From Candidatus Nanopelagicales bacterium (GTDB lineage: Bacteria > Actinomycetota > Actinomycetes > S36-B12), in assembly GCA_049431945.1 (NCBI GenBank), contig JBMTDJ010000004.1, positions 807-64,806 of the forward strand: DNA of 64,000 nucleotides, read 5' to 3'. Below are positions 57,271-64,000 of the stretch, one piece after another (position 1 is the first letter of the stretch; every line of letters starts with the position of its first letter). A program made the translations under genes and the position numbers. The notes beneath the pieces were generated by a model. The model did not search any database. It was not told the origin of the DNA and saw only the letters and a list, made by a program, of their open reading frames with translations.

Positions 57271-58697
57271 CGACGCCGGAGCGTCATCGGCATGCCAGCG
57301 CGAGGGCGCAGTGTCACTGCAGGCATGGGCTCGATGCTGATCCCCGGGACGAGCTGGGGGGACCAGCGCTGCGCCAGCGTCGCGAGGACGAGGATCGCCT
57401 CGGTCCACGCGAACTGCTCGCCGATGCAGCGGCGATTGCCCCATCCGAAGGGGAACCATGCACCCCGCGGCTGGCCGGGTGCATCCTCGCTGAAGGAGCC
57501 CTCTGCGCCAATCCAGCGCTGTGGCCTGAACATCAGGGCTGCCTCCCACCACCGGGGGCTTCGGTGCAGGGCGAACTGGCTAGCGAACGCGAGCGCTCCG
57601 CGGGGGATCATCCAGCCGCCCACCTCGATGTCAGCGAGCATGCGGCGTCCTTGGAGCCACGCGGGTGGGTAAAGGCGCATGGCCTCCGCAATCACCGCGC
57701 GGGAGCGGGGAAGTTGCCCCATGTCCTCCATGGTCGGGGTGCGTCCGCTGAGCACCGCATCGAGTTCCTCATGCAGCCATTCGGCGCGCTCGGGATGCTG
57801 CGAGAGCAGCATCCAAGTCCAGGTCAGCGCCATGGCCGTGGTCTCGTGACCCGCGAGGATCAAGGTGACCGCCTCATCGCGGACTTGGTCGTCGCTGAAT
57901 CGGTGCCCATCCTCCTGTGCCTCAAGGAGCAGGCTCAGCATGTCCCCTGTGTCGCCCTGTGCGCGGTGCTCGTTGATGATGCGGTGCACGATCTGGTCAA
58001 TGCGCGTGGAAGCGGCGAGGGCACGGCTGCGCCCGGGTGCCGGCACGCTCAGGACCCGTGGCCCCAGTGCCAGATAGCGGCCCATGCCGTCGAGGAGCGC
58101 GCTCAGGGATTCGCCGACTTCATGCGCATCACCGGTGAGGTCCGATCCGAAGAGAGTGCGACCGACTATCGCCAAGGTGAGGGTGGACATGTCTGACTGC
58201 ATGTCGAGTGTCTCGCCATCGCGCCAGGTCTGTTCGTGCTCGTCGGTGAGGGCAGCCATCTGCGCGGCATACGAGGCAACGCGATCCCGGTGGAAGGCGG
58301 GCTGCACGAGGCGACGGTGGCGCAGATGCACGTCACCGTCACTTGTGAGCAGGCCGTTGCCCAGGACGGCCTTCGCGCCTTGCAGACCGCGACCCTTCAT
58401 CGTCTCGCGCCCGTGGGAAATGAAGACCTCGACGATCGCCTCAGGGTCCGTCAGCGCGTAGATGTGGTCACTCATGAGGCGCATGTGAGCCATTGGCGTG
58501 TACTCGCGCTCCATGTCGACCATGAACCGCGGGGCCGCGCCGGCCTTCGTCATGCCACGCAAGGCCTGCAGGCGATTCGGTCCCGGCGGGCGAGCTACGT
58601 CGCGACGCCGGTCGCGCGGTATCGGAACATCAGAGTGGTAGACGCGCTCGCGGGCCAGGCGTGCTGCCGCCCGAATGTCGGGTTCGGTCGATGTCAC
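57267..58697 (-). CDS. Cytochrome P450
   Basis: Track ORF 57267..58844, trimmed to GTG 58697. I-helix ILAGHETT, K-helix EAMR and heme loop FGWGNRRCIGEQFA. Confidence 0.92.
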   Translation of the reverse strand: MTSTEPDIRAAARLARERVYHSDVPIPRDRRRDVARPPGPNRLQALRGMTKAGAAPRFMVDMEREYTPMAHMRLMSDHIYALTDPEAIVEVFISHGRETMKGRGLQGAKAVLGNGLLTSDGDVHLRHRRLVQPAFHRDRVASYAAQMAALTDEHEQTWRDGETLDMQSDMSTLTLAIVGRTLFGSDLTGDAHEVGESLSALLDGMGRYLALGPRVLSVPAPGRSRALAASTRIDQIVHRIINEHRAQGDTGDMLSLLLEAQEDGHRFSDDQVRDEAVTLILAGHETTAMALTWTWMLLSQHPERAEWLHEELDAVLSGRTPTMEDMGQLPRSRAVIAEAMRLYPPAWLQGRRMLADIEVGGWMIPRGALAFASQFALHRSPRWWEAALMFRPQRWIGAEGSFSEDAPGQPRGAWFPFGWGNRRCIGEQFAWTEAILVLATLAQRWSPQLVPGISIEPMPAVTLRPRAGMPMTLRRR

Positions 58698-58763
58698 GCA
58701 ATCAGTCTCGCCCAGGGGGCGGTTGCCGGGGTCTACGGGGCTGGGATCTGCCAGGATGCGGTC

Positions 58764-59978
58764 GTGGCCGACAAGGTAACTCTGGCTGACATCGAGACCG
58801 CTGCGAGCAGACTCGACGGTGTCGTGCGCAACCTCCCCGTGCACTCGGCGCGCTGGCTGTCCGATCGCGTCGGCGGGCCAGCCTGGCTCGCGACGGAGAA
58901 CCTCCAGCGGGCCGGTTCATTCAAGATCCGTGGGGCCTATAACCGGCTCAGCCAGCTCACGGAAGACGAGCGGAGTGCCGGCGTCGTTGCGGCTTCTGCG
59001 GGCAATCACGCTCAGGGGGTCGCCCTGGCCGCGTCGATGCTCGGCATCCAATCCACGATCTTCATGCCGCGATCAGCCAGCATGCCCAAGGTCATAGCGA
59101 CCCGGGATTACGGCGCGGATGTGCGGTTCCATGGCTCGACCCTCGACGAGGCCATAGTCGAGGCGCGTGCCTTCGCCGATCAGACTGGCGCACTCTTCAT
59201 CTCACCCTTCGACCATCCCGACATCGTGGCGGGCCAGGGGACACTCGGCCTGGAGATTCTCGAGCAGGTCCCGGATGTGCGCACGATCGTCGTCTGCACA
59301 GGTGGCGGTGGCCTGCTCGCGGGTATCGCTCTCGCTGTGGCCTCCAAGCGACCGGATGTGCGCGTCATTGGAGCGCAGGCGGCAGGCGCGGCGGCGTACC
59401 CGCCCTCGCTGCTTGCTGGCCATCCGGTCCCTCTGCGCACCATGCGCACCATGGCCGACGGCATCGCCGTGGGCCGTCCCGGAGACGTGCCCTTCGAGAT
59501 TATTCAGCGCTACGTCAGCGATATTCGCGTGGTGAGCGAGGACATGCTCGCCAGGGCTCAGCTCCTGCTCCTCGAGCGCTCCAAGCTGGTGGTGGAGCCG
59601 GGCGGGGCCGCAGCCGTCGCGGCCATCATCGACGATCCGAACTCCTTCGAGACGCCCGTGGTCGCTGTCCTCTCGGGTGGCAACGTTGACCCGCTCGTGA
59701 TGATGCGGGTGATCCGCCACGGCCTCACCGCCGGAGGCCGTTTCACGCAGATCACCGTCCATGTGCCGGATCGACCCGGCTCGCTCGCGGGACTTCTCGC
59801 GGAGATCGGCGGCCTGGACGCCAACGTCGTCGATGTGTCGCACCTGCGCACGAATCCGCGGTTGGCCGTGGACGAGGTCGAGATCACCATCGATCTGGAG
59901 ACTCGGGGCGCTGAGCACCGCGAGCAATTGCTCGGTCATCTGCGCGACAAGGGGTACCGGATCACCGAGGTGCAGTAG
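58764..59978 (+). CDS. ilvA: Threonine ammonia-lyase (short IlvA with a single C-terminal ACT-like domain)
   Basis: Track ORF 58236..59978, trimmed to GTG 58764 (VADKVTLADIETAASRL). ENLQRAGSFKIRGA (PLP lysine), ASAGNHAQGVA, GGGGL and a C-terminal regulatory domain. Confidence 0.9.
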   Translation: MADKVTLADIETAASRLDGVVRNLPVHSARWLSDRVGGPAWLATENLQRAGSFKIRGAYNRLSQLTEDERSAGVVAASAGNHAQGVALAASMLGIQSTIFMPRSASMPKVIATRDYGADVRFHGSTLDEAIVEARAFADQTGALFISPFDHPDIVAGQGTLGLEILEQVPDVRTIVVCTGGGGLLAGIALAVASKRPDVRVIGAQAAGAAAYPPSLLAGHPVPLRTMRTMADGIAVGRPGDVPFEIIQRYVSDIRVVSEDMLARAQLLLLERSKLVVEPGGAAAVAAIIDDPNSFETPVVAVLSGGNVDPLVMMRVIRHGLTAGGRFTQITVHVPDRPGSLAGLLAEIGGLDANVVDVSHLRTNPRLAVDEVEITIDLETRGAEHREQLLGHLRDKGYRITEVQ

Positions 59979-59999
59979 TCGGGACTAGCGTTATCCCTC

Positions 60000-60953
60000 G
60001 TGTCCGACATCATCGAGGCTCGTGGCCTCGTCAAGAAGTATGGCGATGTCGTCGCCCTGGACGGTCTTGATCTCAGTGTCCCCGAGGGCACCGTGTACGG
60101 CCTTCTCGGCCCCAACGGTGCTGGCAAGACGACGACGGTTCGCATCCTCACGACCTTGCTCAAGCCGGATTCCGGGATGGCGAAGGTTGATGGGATAGAC
60201 GTCGTCCGCAAGCCCAATGCGGTGCGTCGAATCATCGGTCTCACGGGTCAGTATGCCGCGGTGGACGAGTACCTCACCGGTCGCGAGAACCTCCGGATGT
60301 TCGGTGACCTCTACCACCTGCCATCGGCGTACGTTAAGGAGCGCAGCCAGGAGCTCCTCGAGCGCTTTGATCTCGTCGATGCTGCCGATCGGTCGCTGCG
60401 CACCTACTCCGGGGGAATGCGCAGGCGCCTTGATCTTGCTGCGAGCCTCATCGCGAAGCCGCGAGTGCTCTTCCTCGATGAGCCGACCACGGGACTGGAT
60501 CCGCGGTCGCGCCTGGGTCTGTGGGAGGTCATTACCGACCTGGTGGCTGATGGCACGACCGTGCTGCTCACCACGCAGTATCTCGAGGAGGCCGACCAAT
60601 TGGCCGAGCAGATCGTGGTCATCGATCACGGCAGGGTGATCGCGCAGGGGACATCCGACGTCCTCAAGGACCAAGTGGGCGGGGACCGCCTCGAGGTCGT
60701 CGTCTCCGACCCTGCTCAGGTGCAGGCAGCGGCGCAGGCCCTTCACCCCGTGTCGACGGGCGACATCACGATCGACGCGGAGGACTCGCGTGTGGTCGCG
60801 CCCGTGGTCGGCGGATCACTCACCCTCGTCGAAGCCGTGCGGGCCTTGGACGCAGCGCATGTGGCCATCGCCGACGTCGCACTGCGGCGCCCGACCCTGG
60901 ACGATGTGTTCTTGACCTTGACCGGCCATGCGGCCGAGGAGGAGCAGGCATGA
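60000..60953 (+). CDS. ABC transporter ATP-binding protein (DrrA/daunorubicin-resistance type)
   Basis: GLLGPNGAGKTTT, YSGGMRRRLDLA, LFLDEPTTGLD and the C-terminal domain typical of DrrA-like ATPases. Confidence 0.93.
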   Translation: MSDIIEARGLVKKYGDVVALDGLDLSVPEGTVYGLLGPNGAGKTTTVRILTTLLKPDSGMAKVDGIDVVRKPNAVRRIIGLTGQYAAVDEYLTGRENLRMFGDLYHLPSAYVKERSQELLERFDLVDAADRSLRTYSGGMRRRLDLAASLIAKPRVLFLDEPTTGLDPRSRLGLWEVITDLVADGTTVLLTTQYLEEADQLAEQIVVIDHGRVIAQGTSDVLKDQVGGDRLEVVVSDPAQVQAAAQALHPVSTGDITIDAEDSRVVAPVVGGSLTLVEAVRALDAAHVAIADVALRRPTLDDVFLTLTGHAAEEEQA

Positions 60954-61840
60954 GCGCCCCCGCCGTACCCGCGCGGGGGGATGGTGCAGCCGTCCCTGCC
61001 GTGCCCACTCGCAGCCGCCCGATTCTCGGCTGGAGCCTCCATGATGGACTGGTCGTCGCGCGACGCAATCTGATCCAGACCATTCGCGTCCCCGAGTTGC
61101 TCTTCTTCTCCATCGTGCAACCGGTGATCTTCGTGCTCCTCTTCGCTTTCGTCTTCGGTGGCGCGATCCCGATCCCCGGATCCGATCCGACGACCGCGCC
61201 GGACGCGAGCGTGTACCGCCAGTACCTCATGCCGGGCATCTTCGGTCAGACCGTTGCCTTCGCCTCGGCGGCAGCGACGGTGGGTCTGGCCGAGGACATG
61301 AAACGCGGCATCATCGATCGCTTCAGGTCATTGCCCATGGCATCCGGCGGAGTGCTTATCGGCCGGACCTTTGCCGACGCGACTCGGCAGATCCTCGTGC
61401 TCTTCGTCCTCAGCGTGACCGGGCTCATCATCGGCTGGCGGATCAATGACGGAATCCTCAACGCGATCTACGCCTACGCTCTCCTGTTGCTCTTCGCCTA
61501 CACCGTCTCGTGGATCGGCTCATGGATCGGCCTATACATGCCCAATCCCGAGACGGCCAATACCGCCGGACTCGTGTGGCTATTTCCGCTGACCTTCTTG
61601 TCCAATGCGTTCGTGCCGATCACATCGATGCCGGCATGGCTGCAGCCGATCGCCCAGTGGAACCCGATCTCGTCGCTTGTCCTGTCGACACGCGAGCTCT
61701 TCGGCAATCCCACCGGGATCGTGGGAGAGGCATGGCCCCAGCAGAATCCGATCGCCTACACGCTCATCTCGTGCGCGGTGCTCATCGCGATCTTCGCTCC
61801 GCTCGCCGTGCGCCGCTACCGGACGTCGACGAGTCGCTAG
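60950..61840 (+). CDS. ABC-2 type transporter permease (DrrB-like)
   Basis: ATGA overlap with the ATPase gene. 296 aa with 6 TM helices. Confidence 0.85.
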   Translation: MSAPAVPARGDGAAVPAVPTRSRPILGWSLHDGLVVARRNLIQTIRVPELLFFSIVQPVIFVLLFAFVFGGAIPIPGSDPTTAPDASVYRQYLMPGIFGQTVAFASAAATVGLAEDMKRGIIDRFRSLPMASGGVLIGRTFADATRQILVLFVLSVTGLIIGWRINDGILNAIYAYALLLLFAYTVSWIGSWIGLYMPNPETANTAGLVWLFPLTFLSNAFVPITSMPAWLQPIAQWNPISSLVLSTRELFGNPTGIVGEAWPQQNPIAYTLISCAVLIAIFAPLAVRRYRTSTSR

Positions 61841-62325
61841 CCTGCGTAGGGCTGTGCGCCTACGACTTCGACCGAGACACTCTTGCCATTCGCGAGCTGG
61901 TAGGAGACGGTGTCACCAACCCGGGACCCCATCACCGCCTGACCCAGCGGAGAGGTCGGCGAGTAGACCTCGACTGATGCGTGCGCGGCTTCCTCGCGCG
62001 ACCCGAGCAGGAACGTCTCCTCGTCCCCGAAATCGACGAACCGCACCGTGACGACCTTGCCCGGAGCCACCTCGTCGTGCTCTGCCTCAGGGGCACCCAC
62101 GCGGGAGTTCTCCAGGAGCTGCTTGAGCTGGCGGATGCGAGCCTCGTTCTTGCCCTGCTCCTCCTTGGCGGCGTGGTAGCCGCCGTTCTCCTTCAGATCG
62201 CCTTCCTCGCGAGCGGCCTCGATGCGCTTGGTGATTTCGCTCCGGCGGGGTCCCGAGCGCTCTTCGAGTTCGGCCTCGAGGCGGTCATAGGCATCCTGGG
62301 TGAGCCAGGTGATGTCGGTACTCAT
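61837..62325 (-). CDS. greA: Transcription elongation factor GreA
   Basis: Trimmed to MSTDITWLTQDAYDRLEAELE. GDLKENGGYHAAKEEQG motif and a C-terminal FKBP-like domain. Confidence 0.95.
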   Translation of the reverse strand: MSTDITWLTQDAYDRLEAELEERSGPRRSEITKRIEAAREEGDLKENGGYHAAKEEQGKNEARIRQLKQLLENSRVGAPEAEHDEVAPGKVVTVRFVDFGDEETFLLGSREEAAHASVEVYSPTSPLGQAVMGSRVGDTVSYQLANGKSVSVEVVGAQPYAG

Positions 62326-62342
62326 CGCATCAGGGTACGCGG

Positions 62343-62819
62343 CTAGGGAGTCCAGGGCTGCTCGGGCGGCACGACGCCGGGCGGGAACTGAGGCGGCACG
62401 ACTCGCTCGGGAGGGGACCCCGCCTCGCACGCGAGGACCTCGACGATGTAAGCCGGAGCGAGCGTCCTCAGTGAGTAGGTCACCTGCTCGTACGTCGTAC
62501 CGCGGGGGATGGCGACGACGGTGTAGGCGACGTCAGCACGCGACTCGTCCTGGGCGCGCAGCACGCAGTAGACATCCCACTCCGCCGCCCTGCGGACCTC
62601 GAAGGTGATATCGACGCGGTCCGCGGACACATCGCGCCAGGCGAGCACCTGGTACTTCACTGTCGGCGAGAGCAGGTTCGCCGTGACGAAGGCGAGGGCG
62701 ACAACAAAGACGGCGATCGCCGCGACCCCGGCGATGATCGCCGGCCACGGTCGCCGTCCCACGCCGTAGCGCGCCTGGAGGTCGGGAGGGAGCGTGCGGC
62801 CGTCGATGGCGCTGCCCAT
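62343..62819 (-). CDS. DUF4307-domain membrane protein (Rv1081c-like)
   Basis: Trimmed to MGSAIDGRT. A single TM helix (PAIIAGVAAIAVFVVALAFV) followed by a beta-rich domain. Conserved position between greA and mca. Confidence 0.8.
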   Translation of the reverse strand: MGSAIDGRTLPPDLQARYGVGRRPWPAIIAGVAAIAVFVVALAFVTANLLSPTVKYQVLAWRDVSADRVDITFEVRRAAEWDVYCVLRAQDESRADVAYTVVAIPRGTTYEQVTYSLRTLAPAYIVEVLACEAGSPPERVVPPQFPPGVVPPEQPWTP

Positions 62820-62865
62820 GACACCTCCCGTCGCGCGGTCGAACAACCCTTGCGAGACTATCGGG

Positions 62866-63729
62866 GTGTCCGAACCCCTGCGCCTCATGGCTGTCCACGC
62901 ACATCCTGATGACGAGTCCAGCAAGGGTGCCGCGACCCTCGCCCACTACGTCAAGGAGGGCGTGCACGTGATGGTCGTCACCTGCACCGGGGGTGAGCGC
63001 GGCGACGTGCTCAATGCCGCCGCCCAAGCGGATGTGGATGCTCTGGGCCTCGCGGAAGTGCGCCGCCAGGAGATGGCCGAAGCTGTGAGGATCCTCGGGG
63101 TCCAACACGCATGGCTCGGCTTCGAGGACTCCGGCTTCCCCGAGGGCGAGCCGAAGCCGCCGCTTCCCGAGGGTTGCTTCGCCGATCTGCCTCTGGACGT
63201 CGCATCTGCTCCCCTCGTGCGCCTGGTGCGCGAATTCCGTCCGCACGTCATGACGACGTACGACGAGAACGGCGGCTACCCCCACCCTGACCACATCCGC
63301 TGTCACGAGGTGGCGATGGAGGCCTTCACCAAGGCGGCGGATCATGAGGCGTATCCGGAGGCGGGATCCCCGTGGCAGCCCCAGAAGCTCTACTACAACA
63401 TGGCATTCACGCGAGATCGCGTGGTGACCTTCCACGATGCCCTGGTCGCCGCCGGCCTGGAGTCCCCGTACGCGGACTGGCTCGAGGACTGGGACGAAGG
63501 CGAGGAGGATCGCGTGACGACACGCGTCCACGTCGACGACTACTTCACCGTGCGCGATGACGCCCTGCGGGCGCATCGGACACAGGTGGACCCTGAGGGC
63601 ATGTGGTTCGCGGTTCCGTTGGAGATGCAGCGCACGCTGTGGCCCACCGATGACTACCATCTGGCGATCTCCCATGTGGATACCGAGGTTCCGGAGTCGG
63701 ATCTCTTCGCGGGCATACGGGAGGGATGA
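62866..63729 (+). CDS. mca: Mycothiol S-conjugate amidase Mca (LmbE/MshB family)
   Basis: Track ORF 62794..63729, trimmed to GTG 62866 (VSEPLRLMAVHAHPDDESSKGAATLA). FRPHVMTTYDENGGYPHPDHIRCH is nearly identical to my recollection of Rv1082. Synteny with greA supports the call. Confidence 0.9.
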   Translation: MSEPLRLMAVHAHPDDESSKGAATLAHYVKEGVHVMVVTCTGGERGDVLNAAAQADVDALGLAEVRRQEMAEAVRILGVQHAWLGFEDSGFPEGEPKPPLPEGCFADLPLDVASAPLVRLVREFRPHVMTTYDENGGYPHPDHIRCHEVAMEAFTKAADHEAYPEAGSPWQPQKLYYNMAFTRDRVVTFHDALVAAGLESPYADWLEDWDEGEEDRVTTRVHVDDYFTVRDDALRAHRTQVDPEGMWFAVPLEMQRTLWPTDDYHLAISHVDTEVPESDLFAGIREG

Positions 63730-64000
63730 TGGTGACCGTGAACTGGTCCCTCGCGGTCATCTCCTTCGAGGAGAGCCCGCTTCCGAGCCCTTTGCCGACT
63801 GAGCCTCCGATCGACCCGTCCCGTGTCACGCCGGGTCTGCTCGCGCTGATCTCCGTTCTCTTCCTCGTCATCGCGATCGTGCTCCTCTACCGGTCCATGC
63901 GAAAGCAGATCGCCAAGGTCGATCCCTCACTCCCCGAGGGTCCCGGTGATGCCGAGCGCGCCGAGGACGCGGAGCTCACCGAAGAGGCCGAGGAGCGCGG
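63726..64000 (+). CDS. Small membrane protein, 3' end cut by the window edge (position of Rv1083)
   Basis: Not in the ORF track because it has no stop in the window. ATGA overlap with the mca stop. Translation: MMVTVNWSLAVISFEESPLPSPLPTEPPIDPSRVTPGLLALISVLFLVIAIVLLYRSMRKQI..., with one clear TM helix and then an acidic tail. Confidence 0.6.
   Translation, partial: MMVTVNWSLAVISFEESPLPSPLPTEPPIDPSRVTPGLLALISVLFLVIAIVLLYRSMRKQIAKVDPSLPEGPGDAERAEDAELTEEAEER

Noticed and set aside
56709-58196. 495-aa plus-strand ORF overlapping the DUF2786 3' end and the P450 gene
   Set aside because: The P450 heme loop and I-helix are on the minus strand. The plus-frame product has no motif and overlaps two supported genes.
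62533-63675. 380-aa ORF antisense to mca
   Set aside because: Mca on the plus strand nearly matches the remembered Rv1082 sequence block for block. The antisense frame is an artefact.

Overview
This is a high-GC actinobacterial chromosomal core segment. It encodes mycothiol amidase Mca, protein O-mannosyltransferase Pmt and a Ruc-type chaperone, and it looks Micrococcales-like. The taxon is an inference and GC content was not computed. I call 68 CDS (2 cut by the window edges) and 3 tRNA genes. Genes are tightly packed and many junctions are 4-nt start/stop overlaps (ATGA/GTGA).

From my memory of M. tuberculosis, gene order follows two blocks:
- The Rv0985c-Rv1026 block: mscL, ruc, 5-formyl-THF cyclo-ligase, galU, moeA, rimJ-like, pmt, rsmI, metG, tatD, ksgA, ispE, glmU, prs, rplY, pth, mfd, mazG, eno, ftsB, DUF501, ppx.
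- The Rv1075c-Rv1083 block: SGNH esterase, cbs, metB, greA, DUF4307, mca.

I found no transposase, integrase, phage gene, CRISPR array, rRNA or toxin-antitoxin pair, and I cannot point to a convincing new defence-type system.

The items most worth a second look:
1. A well-folded class-I tRNA with a UAA (UUA-Leu) anticodon and no long variable arm (41369..41442, minus strand).
2. A perfect CIRCE/HrcA operator directly upstream of a Ruc-like zinc-ribbon gene.
3. A poorly understood neighbourhood: an AAA+ (ChlI-like) ATPase, a 658-aa VWA protein, a divergent FIST sensor, and a TIGR04338-like HExxH protein coupled to a DUF2786 protein. It sits inside a ~13.5 kb block inserted between metB and greA.
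4. A membrane desaturase-TetR operon with a 12-3-12 inverted repeat.
5. A family-5 uracil-DNA glycosylase whose conserved N-terminus has no canonical start codon. A CTG forming a CTGA overlap with the upstream stop is a candidate start.
6. A single-domain L25 with an acidic Ala/Glu tail.

Many long ORFs in the track run antisense to conserved genes. I rejected them as high-GC artefacts.
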